Under the pieces are notes generated by a model. It searched no databases. It had not been told where the DNA came from and saw only the letters and a program-made list of their open reading frames with translations. From Antedon mediterranea (Eukaryota; Animalia; Echinodermata), in assembly GCF_964355755.1 (NCBI RefSeq), contig NC_092675.1, positions 11,837,812-11,901,811 of the forward strand: 64,000 nt of DNA, in the 5' to 3' direction. The position numbers were made by a program, and so were the translations under genes. This document shows, piece after piece, positions 52,415 through 64,000 of the stretch (within the stretch, counting starts at the first letter, position 1; every line of letters begins with the position of its first letter).

Positions 52415-53440
52415 AAACGTTTCTTTTCTCTTTTTATAATGTGAATTTTGTTACAGAAGTGAATAACTTTGATATGAAACAGACTCAATTTAGTTTATTT
52501 TATTGCTAAGGTCAAGTCTGGGGGTCACTTCATCACGCCTTAAGGCTATGTTCAGACCCATGGCGTTAGACCGTTTTATAGCGTACAACGTTACTAGCAA
52601 GGTCACATTACAAATACCGCAGAGAAAAAAATGAGGTGTTCAGACCCATAGCGTACGAGTATCGTTACAACGGAAGTGCGTCATTCAGGTTGTTTCTACA
52701 GTAGTTGCATAATATTCATGTGCTCTTACCCACGTGTTTTCATCATTATATCCACTGTATATAGGCCTAGGTCTCAGCCCTACAATTATAACAAAATTTG
52801 TCGTAAATAAAACATACCTCAGCATTTATTTAAGAAAAATATAGTAAAGCCAAATTTCTGTTTCTATTGTTTTTATTTTGTAGTAAATAACATTTTCCCC
52901 AGGCTCTTGTGTTACGAAAATAAAGCAGGCCTCCTACAGTAATGATGAAGAAAAAAAAATTGATTGTGATTAGTCTATCCAGTCCAGTCGGTTGAAAATA
53001 ACCCTTAACTTGCTAATAAAAAAGACACAGCTCCCCTTCTTGTTTGTTTACTGATTTTTTTTTAGGAGTTAGGGGGTTTTCAGCATTAAACTTGTCCAGT
53101 CTAGTCTGCCTTGTATATGACTTGATGTCCCACGCTAGTTTTTAGCTTGAATGAAATGCGTGAATGGCTCTAGCTAGCTAGGCCTAAAAGCGGACGGGAT
53201 CGTAGTCCCTATGTTTAAATACAAGGTGCATTTATTTATGTCATTTGTTAGAAAATATAATGGTAATCAGTTGATAGTAGTTTGTAGCCTTTGTAACAGT
53301 TGTATTTGTAGTTTTTTTTTCTCCTTTGTGGCGTTAACCACTATTTATTCATTTCATTTCATCAACAGATTAATACAATTATTTCTAATAATAATAACTA
53401 TTCATTGTTATTCTTACTTTTGTTATATATATATATATAT

Positions 53441-53670
53441 GCTGCCTGTCCACCCAGGCAGCACTTGCCAGCTTTATACTATGACGTTATCCAAATTCCT
53501 TCACTTGCACTGATGAAGGGCTAGTGTTGCCCGAAAGCTCTGCTAACTTTTCTGGCTGTTTACTTTATCGTTTTGATTTAGCTTTTCGCTTTTTATTTTT
53601 GTATCTCCATTGAGATCCAGCCACTGTTACCCACAGCATTGTCATTTTTTCAGTAATTTGCCTTTGGATT
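53441..53670 (+). mobile_element. Solo Penelope-like terminal repeat inserted in (TA)n
   Basis: Homologous to 24239-24370 plus 9828-9890 (reverse complement); flanked by (TA)n at 53424-53440 and 53671-53680. Confidence 0.85.
53507..53543 (+). ncRNA. Minimal type I hammerhead ribozyme with intact core
   Basis: GCA-CTGATGA-A-GGGC-TAGTGTT-GCCC-GAAA-GCTC-TGC: conserved CUGAUGA/GAAA boxes, 4-bp stem II, palindromic AGCT stem III, predicted cleavage after C53540. Confidence 0.85.
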
Positions 53671-54227
53671 TATATATATAGGCCTCTATATATATATTTT
53701 TTTAAATTTTTTTATTTTATCAACGTTACTGTTCTTGGAATCAGAACATTAATATTTCTTTTCTGTTATCCACCTTTTTTCATAATGTTCTAGTATTTTT
53801 TATTTGTTCTATAATTCTCAACATCTAACATTGTGAACACTTAACTAATAAATGTACTGTAGGAGATACATTTACTAATGTTGTATGGTTATTTTCGGTA
53901 GTATTTTTTGACATATAATTCATTTATACCCTATATACAGATTATATACATTATTTTAAAATACGAATATAAAAAAAAAACAAAAACAAAAATATTAAAA
54001 ATGCTTTTCTTACTCCTGTGTCTAGTTTTATGTCTCATGGTTATTTGTATGCTTATCTTCTCGTGCGTTACTTATGTTGCGTTACGTTTCTTTTTTGTTT
54101 TCAATATTAATTTATACAATTTAAAAAAAAATTGATATTTCATATAAGATAAAATGAAACTGCCTATGTGTATTATACAACATTATTATGTAATATATTT
54201 AAATAATCAGATTCACATCAATATAAA

Positions 54228-55676
54228 TTATAATAGGTGGTTAAGGTAAGATCTTTTGTTTTTTTCCGCCATAAAAAGACGAGACAATGATCCGGTCCAT
54301 TTGTTTACATTTTTCAAAGTATGTGCCTTGTAAACGCAGAAGCATCCAATAGAGAACATGTGGTCTACATATTTTTTTCCTGTACCAAGTACAATGTTTC
54401 GATAATTTGCCTCGATCCCAAATTTGTGCATGGTGTAAACGTTAATATATTCCCATAAGGGTTTTACTTCAGTGCATTCATAAAAGAAATGGGCATCATC
54501 CTCTACTACGTTGCATTGTAGGCAAGTATCTGTGTTGCTTATTTTCCATTTTAACAGCCTTCTTTTGGTAGGTGTTATACAATGCAATAGTTTGATGTTC
54601 AACTGTTTATTATCTTTAATATCTTTAATTTTTCTTTTCCATGTTAGAGACCAATCGTTCTCCATGTTAAAATATGTTTCCCATTTTGTTTTACTTTTGG
54701 ATGGTTCTAGACATTTTTCCTTAATAAAGAAAGAACATATTTGTTTGCTACTCATATTCAAACATCGAACGTGTGTTGTTTTTGAGTGCTTTTGGTTTTT
54801 ATCCCTTAAACAGATTTTCTCTTTCCATTCTTTTGGAATTGCGTTTAATACAATTTGCCATTCAGCAATCCAGTTTGATTTATACCTAAGCATATCAAGT
54901 AATTCATTTGCGTTAATGAACCTATTCTCAATTACAATATCCTTAATATTTCGCACACCTGACCTTATCCAGTTTCTAAAAAATAATGACATGTCCTTGT
55001 ATAAAATCATTTTGTTATACCAGAGTTGTTGATGCAATATATCATCATAACATAATTGACGTTTAGTCATACCACTATTAAGTTTGACTAAAATACATAG
55101 TATAGATTTATAGAAATCGGGTATGTCTTTAAAACTAGCATTTTTCTTATCAATATATGATATGTTTTCAATAATATCTTTTGGGCCTATTCTATTAAAG
55201 TATGTGTTTGGCAGACATTTCCACTTTGAATCCTCATTGTTATACAATCTTTTAAGCCAAGATATTTTTAAAGATTTAACCTGTGACCTGAAATCAGGCG
55301 CTTTAACACCACCACTTTCATATTCGTTTATAAGAACTACTCTTTTAACCTTTTCTCTTTTTCCATCCCACAAAAAGTCAAAAATTATGTTATCAACACG
55401 TTTTATAACACTTTCAGGCGTGTCTATAATACTTGCAACATAAACAAGTTTCGACAGGCCAAGCGTCTTTAAGATAATTATTTTTCCAAAAATGGTCAGA
55501 TTTCTTTTTCGCCACGATTTAAGCGTGTTTTGTAACGAATAGATTTTTTCGGACCAATTTTTAGCAAAACAAAATTCTTTGTCATGGCCAATATAGATAC
55601 CTAAAACTTTAAAACCGTCAGAAATCCAATTAATGTCCAATAGGTTGTCCTTTTTCTTCCATTTTCCAAGCCACAT
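54228..55676 (-). pseudogene. L1/Tx1 ORF2 C-terminal region (482 aa open, 5'-truncated)
   Basis: KVLGI...W...LTIFGKIIILKTLGLSKLVY...FDFLW...GG...KLLH...C..C...H.FYEC...W. Confidence 0.88.
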
Positions 55677-57386
55677 GGCATTTGTTTTTTCTTTGTTAAG
55701 TATTTGTAGTCTAGTTAGGCCTTATTTCTGGCCTTTTGTTGTTGAAATCCATCTCACACATTGATGATACAAGATGTCAGCCTAGGTCAAACCTTGTTTC
55801 GCGTCATAACAGGAAACGTTCTGATTGGATACAACGTTGAATTACAGTAGCGTCGTACCCTAAAACGGTACTATCAACCGTTTTCCACTACAACGCTACA
55901 ACCGTTGTACGACGCGTTGTACGCTAATCCCCAACTGTTCAGACACACATTCTTTTAGCGTCGTACGCTAAAACAGTCTAACGCCATGGGTCTGAACAGG
56001 GCCTTAGATACTTCAAGTGTGAAGTATCATATTACAAACAAAAACTTTCATGGACTGTTTTGATAATAATTCAGTGATTTTCTGACAGCGAAACACAGTA
56101 TTGTCATGGGACTCATAAATACCAGAAATGCAGCTGGTACCTATAAATTATAGTCGAGTTTCCATTTTAGCAAAAATGTCAAAGTGTAGTACTATAATAA
56201 CTGCTGCTTGATTTCATCTAATAAATGAGTCATCTCGTGTGACGTAGCGGGCTAGAGCAGCGTGAAAAACAAATTGGGTTTAAATGAGTTCAAATCAAAA
56301 CATTTGGCTCATTTTGTGACAAGTTTCTCTTTCGGAAGTAATTCCCAGGGTGCTAATTGTAGTATATCAGCGTGTCTATTCGTTTCTGTAAACGACAATG
56401 TATTATAGTCCTTCGGTACGTACATTTAAAACAAGAAATATTTCTTACAAAAAACACCCCTCGCTTGTTGACGTAACAGTTTTAAAGATATATTGTCCCC
56501 CTGAAAAATTTTTTTTATTTCAAATTTGTTTTTGAATGTATCATTTTATTGTCACATAATAGTTATTCACGTTAACCAAATAATAATTTACCTGAAAAAA
56601 TGTAATTTAAAGCAAAAAATACTTACATTGTCTGTCAGACATTTTGGGTTATAATTAAACGTTTCTTTTCTCTTTTTACCCGTGAATAAATATTATTTTT
56701 TGTTACAGAAGTGAATAACTTTTGTACTTGAAGTAAAATACAACAAGAATGAATTCATACTTTGATGTCATAATTGTGCAATTGAAAGATAAAAAATACT
56801 GAATCTGTAAAAGATGATGTGCTTATTAAATATTTTAAATAAAAATGATGTTAAAAAATAATATTACTTTATTATACTAAACAGACTCAATTTCTGTCAC
56901 TTTAGTTTATTTCATCAAGCCTAGATGCTTCAAGTGTGAACAAATTGTATCCTATTTCAAACAAAAACTTTACTATTATTATATGGACTGATAATAATTC
57001 AATGATTGTCTGACAGCGAATTACAGTATTATAATATCGTTCTAGATTGACAGTCAAATTGGACTCATTGTAAATACCAGCCTAGACAGCCAAAATAATG
57101 TTTTGATTATTTGACAGTTATTATTATAATACTGGCCTAGGTTGACAGCAAGAACAAAGTCATTATTTATTGAACACAATTTTACAGATTACTGTCTACA
57201 TGCATCTATATAATACTGTATTATCAGCAAATGTTTTCATAGACTCTCTTCTCCAAGACGTGCTTTAGGGTTTGTAATCTGAGCATGACCCGTCCTAGTT
57301 TCCAAATTATCAAAAAGGTCGGCCTCTAGAACTGCTGCTTGCTTATAGCTTCTGAATGAGTAGACCTCATGTATGTAGCTGGCTAA

Positions 57387-57590
57387 AGGCTGTTTTCCTG
57401 TCGACGTTATTCGACGCTATCGTTGTTGATCGTTAACAGTTCCACGACGATCGTTTGAAAACGATCAAGTTGAAATTATGACAATAGCGAGTACCTTTTC
57501 CTGTAAATCGTTAAAATTCCTATGTTAACGTTGAAGATCGCCGATTATTGTTAACGATAGCGTCGAATAACGTCGACAGGAAAACAGGCT
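57387..57590. mobile_element. ~204-bp Harbinger/Tourist-like MITE
   Basis: ~38-bp TIRs AG(G/C)CTGTTTTCCTGTCGACGTTATTCGACGCTATCGTT with TWA flanks. It interrupts the family-B motif GGCTAGAGCAGCA. Confidence 0.85.
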
Positions 57591-57700
57591 TTAAGCAGCA
57601 GCGTGAAAAACAGTTTTTTACGCTGAAATTACTGTGTATTCTAGAACCATCTGTGGACACGACCTCGCTTCGCTTGCGTACCAACTAGTATCATTAAATA

Positions 57701-58030
57701 TCTATATTATAAGTGAGAGAGTTTGTCTGTCTGTTTGTTTGTCTGTTTGTTTGTTTGTTTGTTTGTTCGTTATACAAAATGTTGTTACTGCACATAATCT
57801 TACATATGGGGTATCAAAATGACCGCAATTGTACCGGGAATGTTCTAAGCTATATTTCAACATCATCCGCCACCTAGGATCCAAGTTAGGGACCAAAATG
57901 TGGTCAAAACCCCCCCACTTTCGATGTTTGTTCGTTATACAAATTTCTGTTTCTGCACGTCACCATGCGTATGGGGTATCAAAATGATGGCAATTGTACC
58001 CGGAAGGTTTGTCCCGAACCAGCGCATGCG
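57701..58030 (+). mobile_element. 5' end of a Helitron-like element with a GTCT/GTTT microsatellite
   Basis: A|TCTATATTATAAG followed by (GTCT/GTTT)n and an internally repeated GTTCGTTATACAAA...TATGGGGTATCAAAATGA module. Confidence 0.55.
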
Positions 58031-58442
58031 CAGTAACCAGTCATATTTTAACTCTGGATCATGGAACCAGAGAAAAAAATGCATCGAACGTCATTATAAT
58101 ATCGTACTCTGTACTACAGAATACAACTTATTTATGGGTGGGCGAGGAGGGCAGTTTACACCTCACTCACCACACCCACAAAACAGTGATCAAACCTCAA
58201 CCCACAGGTAAGTCTCGTTTAATCTTTCTATTTTATTTCATATTACGTTCGGTGCAAACTGAGATGTTTAAAGCCATCTCTGGTGAACATGATACATAAA
58301 CAGTCAATCGTGACATTAGTCAAATGCATCATGCTGTATTTTCATAAACTTGTAGTCTTTATTAACATTTTAATCATCTAACAACTTTAACACAACTTCT
58401 TAAGTATTACAATACAAGTATCATGAAGAAGAGAGAGAGAAC

Positions 58443-59906
58443 CTACATGTTCTCAAATGTTTTACTTAACGAGTTTTCCATGCTCATTGTATGTAAAATA
58501 GGTTTTTTATAATAATCTCTGAAGGTCTTTTCAGAATTCCAACCTGCGGCAGCCATAATTTCATTTATCGGGACTGACATACGCCCTGCTGCTGAAGAAG
58601 CTGCTGCTCTAGTAGAGTGTGCCTTAAACAAAGCGTCAACGCCGGATTCATGTAAAAACTCTTTTAACCATCGTGAAACTGTATCTTTAGAAACAGGGTT
58701 GTATGGTTTTATGTAGCTTAACAAAAGTTGGTTATTAACACCTCTTAAGGGGGCTGTACGTTTAATGTATTCCTTAAGGGTAGTTACAACACATACTTTG
58801 CTATCTGGCGCAAACGTTTTAAAAATAATTCTTGAGACTTTCTTATTATTCGGTTTTGTATGCTTTAACAAATCATTAACATAAAAAATGGCACCATCTG
58901 CTTTAATGATCATTTTGTCTACCCTAATGGATGGTAGATGGTAGATGGTTTGGCAGCGTTGGGCCGATAACAAAGCCATAAGCATACACAGTCTATGAGT
59001 GAGTTGCTTTAAAGCTCAGGTACAGGCATGAATTTTAAAATAATATCTGGTTAATTGTACATAAATCAAATATTTGTAACAGAAATCAAGACGAAAAACC
59101 ATGAATTTCCCCTAATATGGTCAAATACAAAATTTGGCAAAATTCTGCCAAAAAAAACAGGAAGACTTTTTTTCAGTAGTTAGGTAGTTAACATAATGTA
59201 ATAACATTTCTGATGACTCCCTAGAAGGTGAAAAAAGATGGTGGATATACGGTGGATAATTTTTGCTATAGCATGAAAATAAAATTCTGAAGTTGAATAA
59301 AAATACCAGAAATGTAAAATTCAAGTTATATTACCTATATTTAGTCATCTGATAACATTTTTTACCACACCGTTTATTTTTCATAGCTTTTAAAAATGCC
59401 TCTCTATTTTCAAAATTTGTGTACAAAAGAATAGAGATTTTACTGTGTAATTTGAACTATCCCCCCACTGATATGAAAGTGCTAATTTTCAACAAGCTCC
59501 TGTAACACAAATAAAATCCCAAAAATTATGAAACATAGGGGAAACTATAGATCGATAATTATTGGAATATATGATCAATAGACATTTTTGGCCCGCACCT
59601 GGCCTTTAAAGATAAACACTGTATAGGGTATAACTCCCTAATGTGATTAAATACCACTTTAACGTCCCGTATTTCAGTATACCTCGTTATGGGTGGCTTT
59701 AGATTAAATGTTCCTTTTACAAATCTACTAATTAAATTATGTGAGCCAATCGTTTGGCCGTTTTCCAGGAACAAACATGACGATAGTGCACAACGTGCTG
59801 TATTTACTGCTGAGTAACTGTTTGTTGATTCAAATATCATTGTGAGGAATTCTAAAGCAAGACCTACGTCTGCTTTAAGCGGATCGACTAATTTTTTGGC
59901 TGCCAA
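58443..59906 (-). pseudogene. DIRS tyrosine recombinase split by a TTAA MITE
   Basis: SYSAVNTARCALS...RFVKG.FNLKPP | LSLK-QLTHRLCMLMALLSAQR...AHSTRAAASS...AAGW....FRDYY (R...HxxR...W...Y). The frame is restored by removing 59013-59609. Confidence 0.9.
59013..59605. mobile_element. 593-bp TTAA-specific (Kolobok-like) MITE
   Basis: TTAA TSD (59009-59012 / 59606-59609); imperfect TIRs AGCTCAGGTACAGGC / AGGCCAGGTGCGGGC with AG termini. Confidence 0.8.
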
Positions 59907-61477
59907 AGAGTAGTTAAATGGCGTTTATAGGGCGTTAAGTATGAAACAATAGGTATTGTGTTTCGGGGTATACAATTATAACAATGACAGAGAGATAAGA
60001 TATCAATAGAACCACGTGCAGGAGTTAATTAAAATTAAATAATACAGTTGTTAAAGGCCGACATGTCCTTCCTTCCGGAATTGTTAACATTCGGATTCAT
60101 TTAATGGTGTCGTCATGATTAGTCTATGTACTATAGTGGTAATTTTAAAAAGGAGTACAGTAAAGATGCACCTGGTTAATTAAAAGTTTTTGCTTGATCT
60201 ATGCCGAAATATTGACATACTAAAGTTTAATGTGTGACGTCATGTTGTTAGTTTCACTCTTTTTGATGATTTTTTTTTCCAATGTTTAGTTTCATTTTCA
60301 TTTAAATTGTTTACGTTTTACATAGACATTTCTTTGTTTCCTTTTAAAATAAAACAAAAAGAGGGGTAAAGAGGGACGCTACTGACATCATGTTTAAATT
60401 ATTTTAGTGTGTATAAATATATGGGTAATTTTATAGTGAACTCATCAGTACCAGCTTACAACGTACACGTCATGATGTCATTATCTTTCATTTTCATTTA
60501 AATGGTTTACGTTTTACGAAAAGATTTCTTTGTTTCCTTTTATAAAATAAAACAAAAAGAGGGTAAAGAGGGACGCTACTGACATTCCTTTTAAAATAAA
60601 ACAAAAAGGGGGTAAAGAGAGACGCTACTGACATCATGCATACATTATTTTATATACAATATTCTGTGTATAAGGTTGTAGTCAAAATAGACATTTCAGT
60701 AGATCTCTACCAGAATGAATGCCTATAAACCAACAGTTGGTTTCACTCATTCCAAAGGAAAATCCACAGAATGCAACGTACCTTCTGAAAAGGAAAAGGA
60801 TGACTACACAAAGGAACCAACAGAGGCACGTAAAAGTAATGAAATAGATTTCACTCGGAAGCTAATCAAATCAGATCAGCAGCAGATGATTTCCCCATAT
60901 TTCAAGTTTCCAGTGCACAAAATATCGAGACAAAATTTAGATTGTGATTACAACTTCTAGATAAAAGCTCAGCTGATACTTTGTGATCTTGCAAAGGTGA
61001 AAGTGTTTGGTAGATGGTTTAATATACCTAGAAAACAGGTTAGTTTCTTTTTATTTTTCTTCATGGTTTCATGACGTTAATGTAGGCTACATACTATTAC
61101 GTTTAAAATGATGCATTTTTACATTTTAATTACCGGCCTACCGCACTGTTTTCGTTTTATGCAACAGAATAACAGTTAACCAGGCCTGCCGCACTATTTT
61201 CGTTTTATGCAACAGAATATTAACAGTTAACCAGAATCCAACTGATTATAATTGTATATACATAAGAGAAACATTTTTTAATAGTAGGCCTATGTTTCAA
61301 CTCTGACAGGTTTCTTATGGTGATACGGGTTTAACATACAAATATTCAGGCAATATAGTGCCTGCCTTGCCATGGCCACCGTTCCTGAAAGATCTTCGAG
61401 ATTATTTGAAAGAAGTCACAGGGTTCTACTTCAATTTTGTTTTGGTTAACAGGTACATATTTATTATATATCTATAT

Positions 61478-62056
61478 TTTGCTACTCGGAGACTGCGGCA
61501 ATTAACAAACTCATAGAATAATAAATAAAGACGCATACAACATAAGTTCTGGCTTAAATAGTTTAATTAGTAAATGAACATTCACCCATGTAAAACTGCA
61601 AAAAAGTCATAAGCAAATATAAGTTATATAGCAATAATTTTCCAATTCTAAGTAAGCACAACAGGGATGCTCAGAGAAAAATAGCCCTATTGCCATAAGT
61701 GTCATAATATTGGGCGGGAGGGAGGGAAAATTGTCTTCAACTTAATGTGATCGTGTTAACAGAGAGGATGCTTGATCAAAGAGGTAGAAAACCCGCCCTC
61801 TCCGTTCTCAAAATAGAATTGTGTTTCCAACCCAATTCTTGATTTTTGCTACTCGGAGACTGCGGCAATTAACAAACTCATAGAATAATAAATAAAGACG
61901 CATACAACATAAGTTCTGGCTTAAATAGTTTGATTAGTAAATGAACATTCACCCATGTAAAACTGCACATAAAAGTCATAAGCAAATATAAGTTATATAG
62001 CAATAATTTTCCAATTCTAAGTAAGCACAACAGGGATGCTCAGAGAAAAATAGCCC
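61478..62056. repeat. Direct duplication of ~210 bp separated by ~155 bp
   Basis: TTTTGCTACTCGGAGACTGCGG...CAGAGAAAAATAGCCC at ~61478-61687 and ~61844-62056. Confidence 0.9.
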
Positions 62057-62645
62057 GCGGCAGGTGCCAAGGCACCGCCAAGAGCAGCCCACCAAAGAGC
62101 AGAAAACAAGGAAGAATGTTCACTTACTCGCATGAAACTGAGATAAAAAAAACCAACCAGGACTCCCTGGAAGAGTCTCCAAAGAGACTGATAGGTACAA
62201 AAATCACCATTAATACAACGATGCTCCCCATGAAAGTATACGCAGATACTTCATGGCAGTATGTTGAGCATCAGCACCTTCCACCCAAGGCTAATCCAAG
62301 GGCTCCACTACCGTGCACTGCAATGGGAGCAAAGTTGTAATAACACATCGCCAATAAACAATACTTACAGAAAAAACAAAAACGCATGGATGTGAGTTAT
62401 AATGTAAATGTAGATTTTTATTATGTTGTTGAAAATTCGTAGAAATATAAATTATTCAATGAAATACAACAATACAGCTGGCCACCTCTTGAACATGATG
62501 AGGGAAATCCCTGTTTTCAGTTTATGACCGCCCATTTGGAGATCTAAAAGTATGATGCTTTTTGATTGGAGTTTCCGTAACAACCTGAGGTGATTGTCAA
62601 TTAGATTGCCAAGGGCTTTAGGTTGTCAACAAATCATGTCCCAGG

Positions 62646-62930
62646 TTAAGATAAAATATGATAAGATAAATCTTTATTGTCATGAACACAACAAGGCGAG
62701 CATGAAATTGGTTTTCCTTGATGCTTAAAAACACATACAATATATAAAACATTAAAAATATCAATACAATACATTAAAAATATATACAGTTGTAAACAAG
62801 TAAAACAAACTATCTTTGAAATGTTGAGTTGGAAACATGAATAGAGTTGTGGACGATGTCTAGAACAGAATTGGTGAACTTTCAAAAATTGTCTTCGGTT
62901 TTTCGGTAGGTTGATCCAATATTTAAATCA
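62646..62930 (-). mobile_element. 3' end of a LINE with an (ATCTT)n-like tail
   Basis: The minus strand ends ...GACAATAAAGATTTATCTTATCATATTTTATCTTA. Confidence 0.45.
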
Positions 62931-63599
62931 AAGACACATATAAAATAAAAATATAATGTTTAAAGTACATATTGTTAACATATTAAAGTGATTGGTTGAG
63001 AATTGATGAACGGAAAAAGAAAAGAGTAGGCACATGTTTTTCGATTCTCAAGCCACAGTCCATTAGTTCCATTGTCTCGGGCTGAGTGAGGCTAACCTGT
63101 GACTGTCAGTAGCATTTTGGCTTAACGGAGGTTAAATCTTCTATATATTGTATTTAACCAACATTGATTATAAATATGATTAATATATTTGCCATTCCTA
63201 ACGTTCCGAAGAATTAATAATAGGTAGGCCTACTTAATTATTTTGAAGTATTTTAAAACATATTAGTTAGAAATGCGCAACATCCCTATTATAGTAAATG
63301 GAATCGTCCGTACCATGAAAGTTAAATACTTTATGGACAGGTCCGCTTATTTTCAAGGGATATTCTTTGAATATTATTGATTGAGGATTATTTATATATA
63401 TATATATAAATTTGCCATTGGATATATATATATAAAGTATGAAAGGAATCATATTTTGTAGGTTTTTAGTTTTAATTGATTAATTTAAAACTGTTAATAC
63501 TGCTATAGAAATCTATGTTTGCATTTTCTTCAATTAATATTTATTTTTTAAAATGAAAACATATTATTTTTAAAACTGAATTTATTGTAATTAATTAAA

Positions 63600-64000
63600 C
63601 TAGATGGTCGTGTCCACGGATGGTTCTCGAATACACAGTAATTTCAGCGTGAAAAAAAAAACAACGAAAAACTGGCGATTTCAAATGTACGTACCGCAGG
63701 ACTATAGAACATTGTCGTTTACAGAAACGAATAAATAGACACGATGATTTATGTAGTCAACTAAAATTAGCACCATGGTAATTAGACCTACTTCCGAAGA
63801 AGGAGAAACTTTTTTATTTGAACTCATTTAAACAAACCCAATTTGTGTTTTGTATATAACATTAGGGTTGAGGGATAGGGAAGAGGATGTAACGATACAC
63901 CACTACGAAGTTTATATTGTTTATAATTAATTATTAATATAAACGTTGAGAAGCAGCTGTCAGTAATACAGTTTCTTATTTGTATATTATGTGTTTATAT
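63600..64000 (-). mobile_element. Helitron-like family B 3' end (continues past the window)
   Basis: Reverse complement of 4490-4630, 56270-56420 and 47875-48140 modules; ends CTAG|T at 63603-63600. Confidence 0.6.

Larger units (their letters stand above)
53313..55699 (-). mobile_element. 5'-truncated L1/Tx1-clade LINE
   Basis: 11-bp TSD GTATTTGTAGT (53302-53312 / 55700-55710), poly(T) at the left end, minus-strand ORF2. Confidence 0.9.
52544..56003. mobile_element. Harbinger-type element, copy 2, with a nested Tx1 LINE
   Basis: Same TIRs and internal sequence as 11469-12277 + 23264-23547; TWA flanks (TAA left, TTA right). Confidence 0.9.
47800..57688 (+). mobile_element. Mosaic Helitron-like family B element hosting Harbinger, Tx1 and MITE insertions (5' boundary uncertain)
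   Basis: Recurrent family-B modules at 47870-48480 and 56004-57688. It terminates GTGGACACGACC...GCGTACCAA-CTAG|T (57685-57688). Confidence 0.5.
58130..59906 (-). mobile_element. 3' part of a DIRS-type tyrosine-recombinase retrotransposon
   Basis: YR ORF followed on the minus strand by an ICR/ITR-like segment ATTAAACGAGACTTACCTG. Boundaries approximate. Confidence 0.75.

Noticed and set aside
54511-55443. Antisense ORFs over LINE/Gypsy coding regions (also 50134, 50452, 10746, 28137)
   Set aside because: Shadow frames of real coding strands with no motifs.
58443-58985. Prophage or bacterial integrase
   Set aside because: Motifs and downstream ITR-like sequence are DIRS-type, and no phage genes are nearby.
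60715-62340. Short ORFs at 60715 and 62116 as genes
   Set aside because: No recognisable domain or consistent exon structure; cannot be supported from sequence alone.

Overview
AT-rich eukaryotic (probably invertebrate; inferred) repeat-dense DNA with no intact host gene and no prokaryotic operon or CRISPR array. Nearly everything resolves into nested transposons. (1) 1-7305 is a head-to-tail Helitron-like array of ~1.5-kb units. (2) A composite 5S rRNA+tRNA SINE lies at ~8825-9194. (3) A deep nest: a Penelope-like element (GIY-YIG, hammerhead ribozyme) is split by a Ty3/Gypsy element (9891-24238, TSD AAAAC), which is split by a Harbinger-type element (11469-23547, TSD TAA), which is split by an 11-kb TIR element with an 8-bp TSD (12278-23263). 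That innermost element carries a Kyakuja-Dileera-Zisupton (KDZ)-like transposase fragment and four different tandem arrays. (4) A second, inverted copy of that element (32969-46613) has its own later insertions, including a 5-kb CCCAG/EnSpm-type element. (5) The rest holds two L1/Tx1 fragments, a second Harbinger copy, a solo Penelope repeat with an intact minimal hammerhead, a DIRS tyrosine recombinase split by a TTAA MITE, and pieces of a second Helitron family. Comparing duplicate copies shows repeated TA-to-TACAGTA micro-insertions that look like Tc1/mariner excision footprints. All family assignments come from motif recognition by eye, not database searches.
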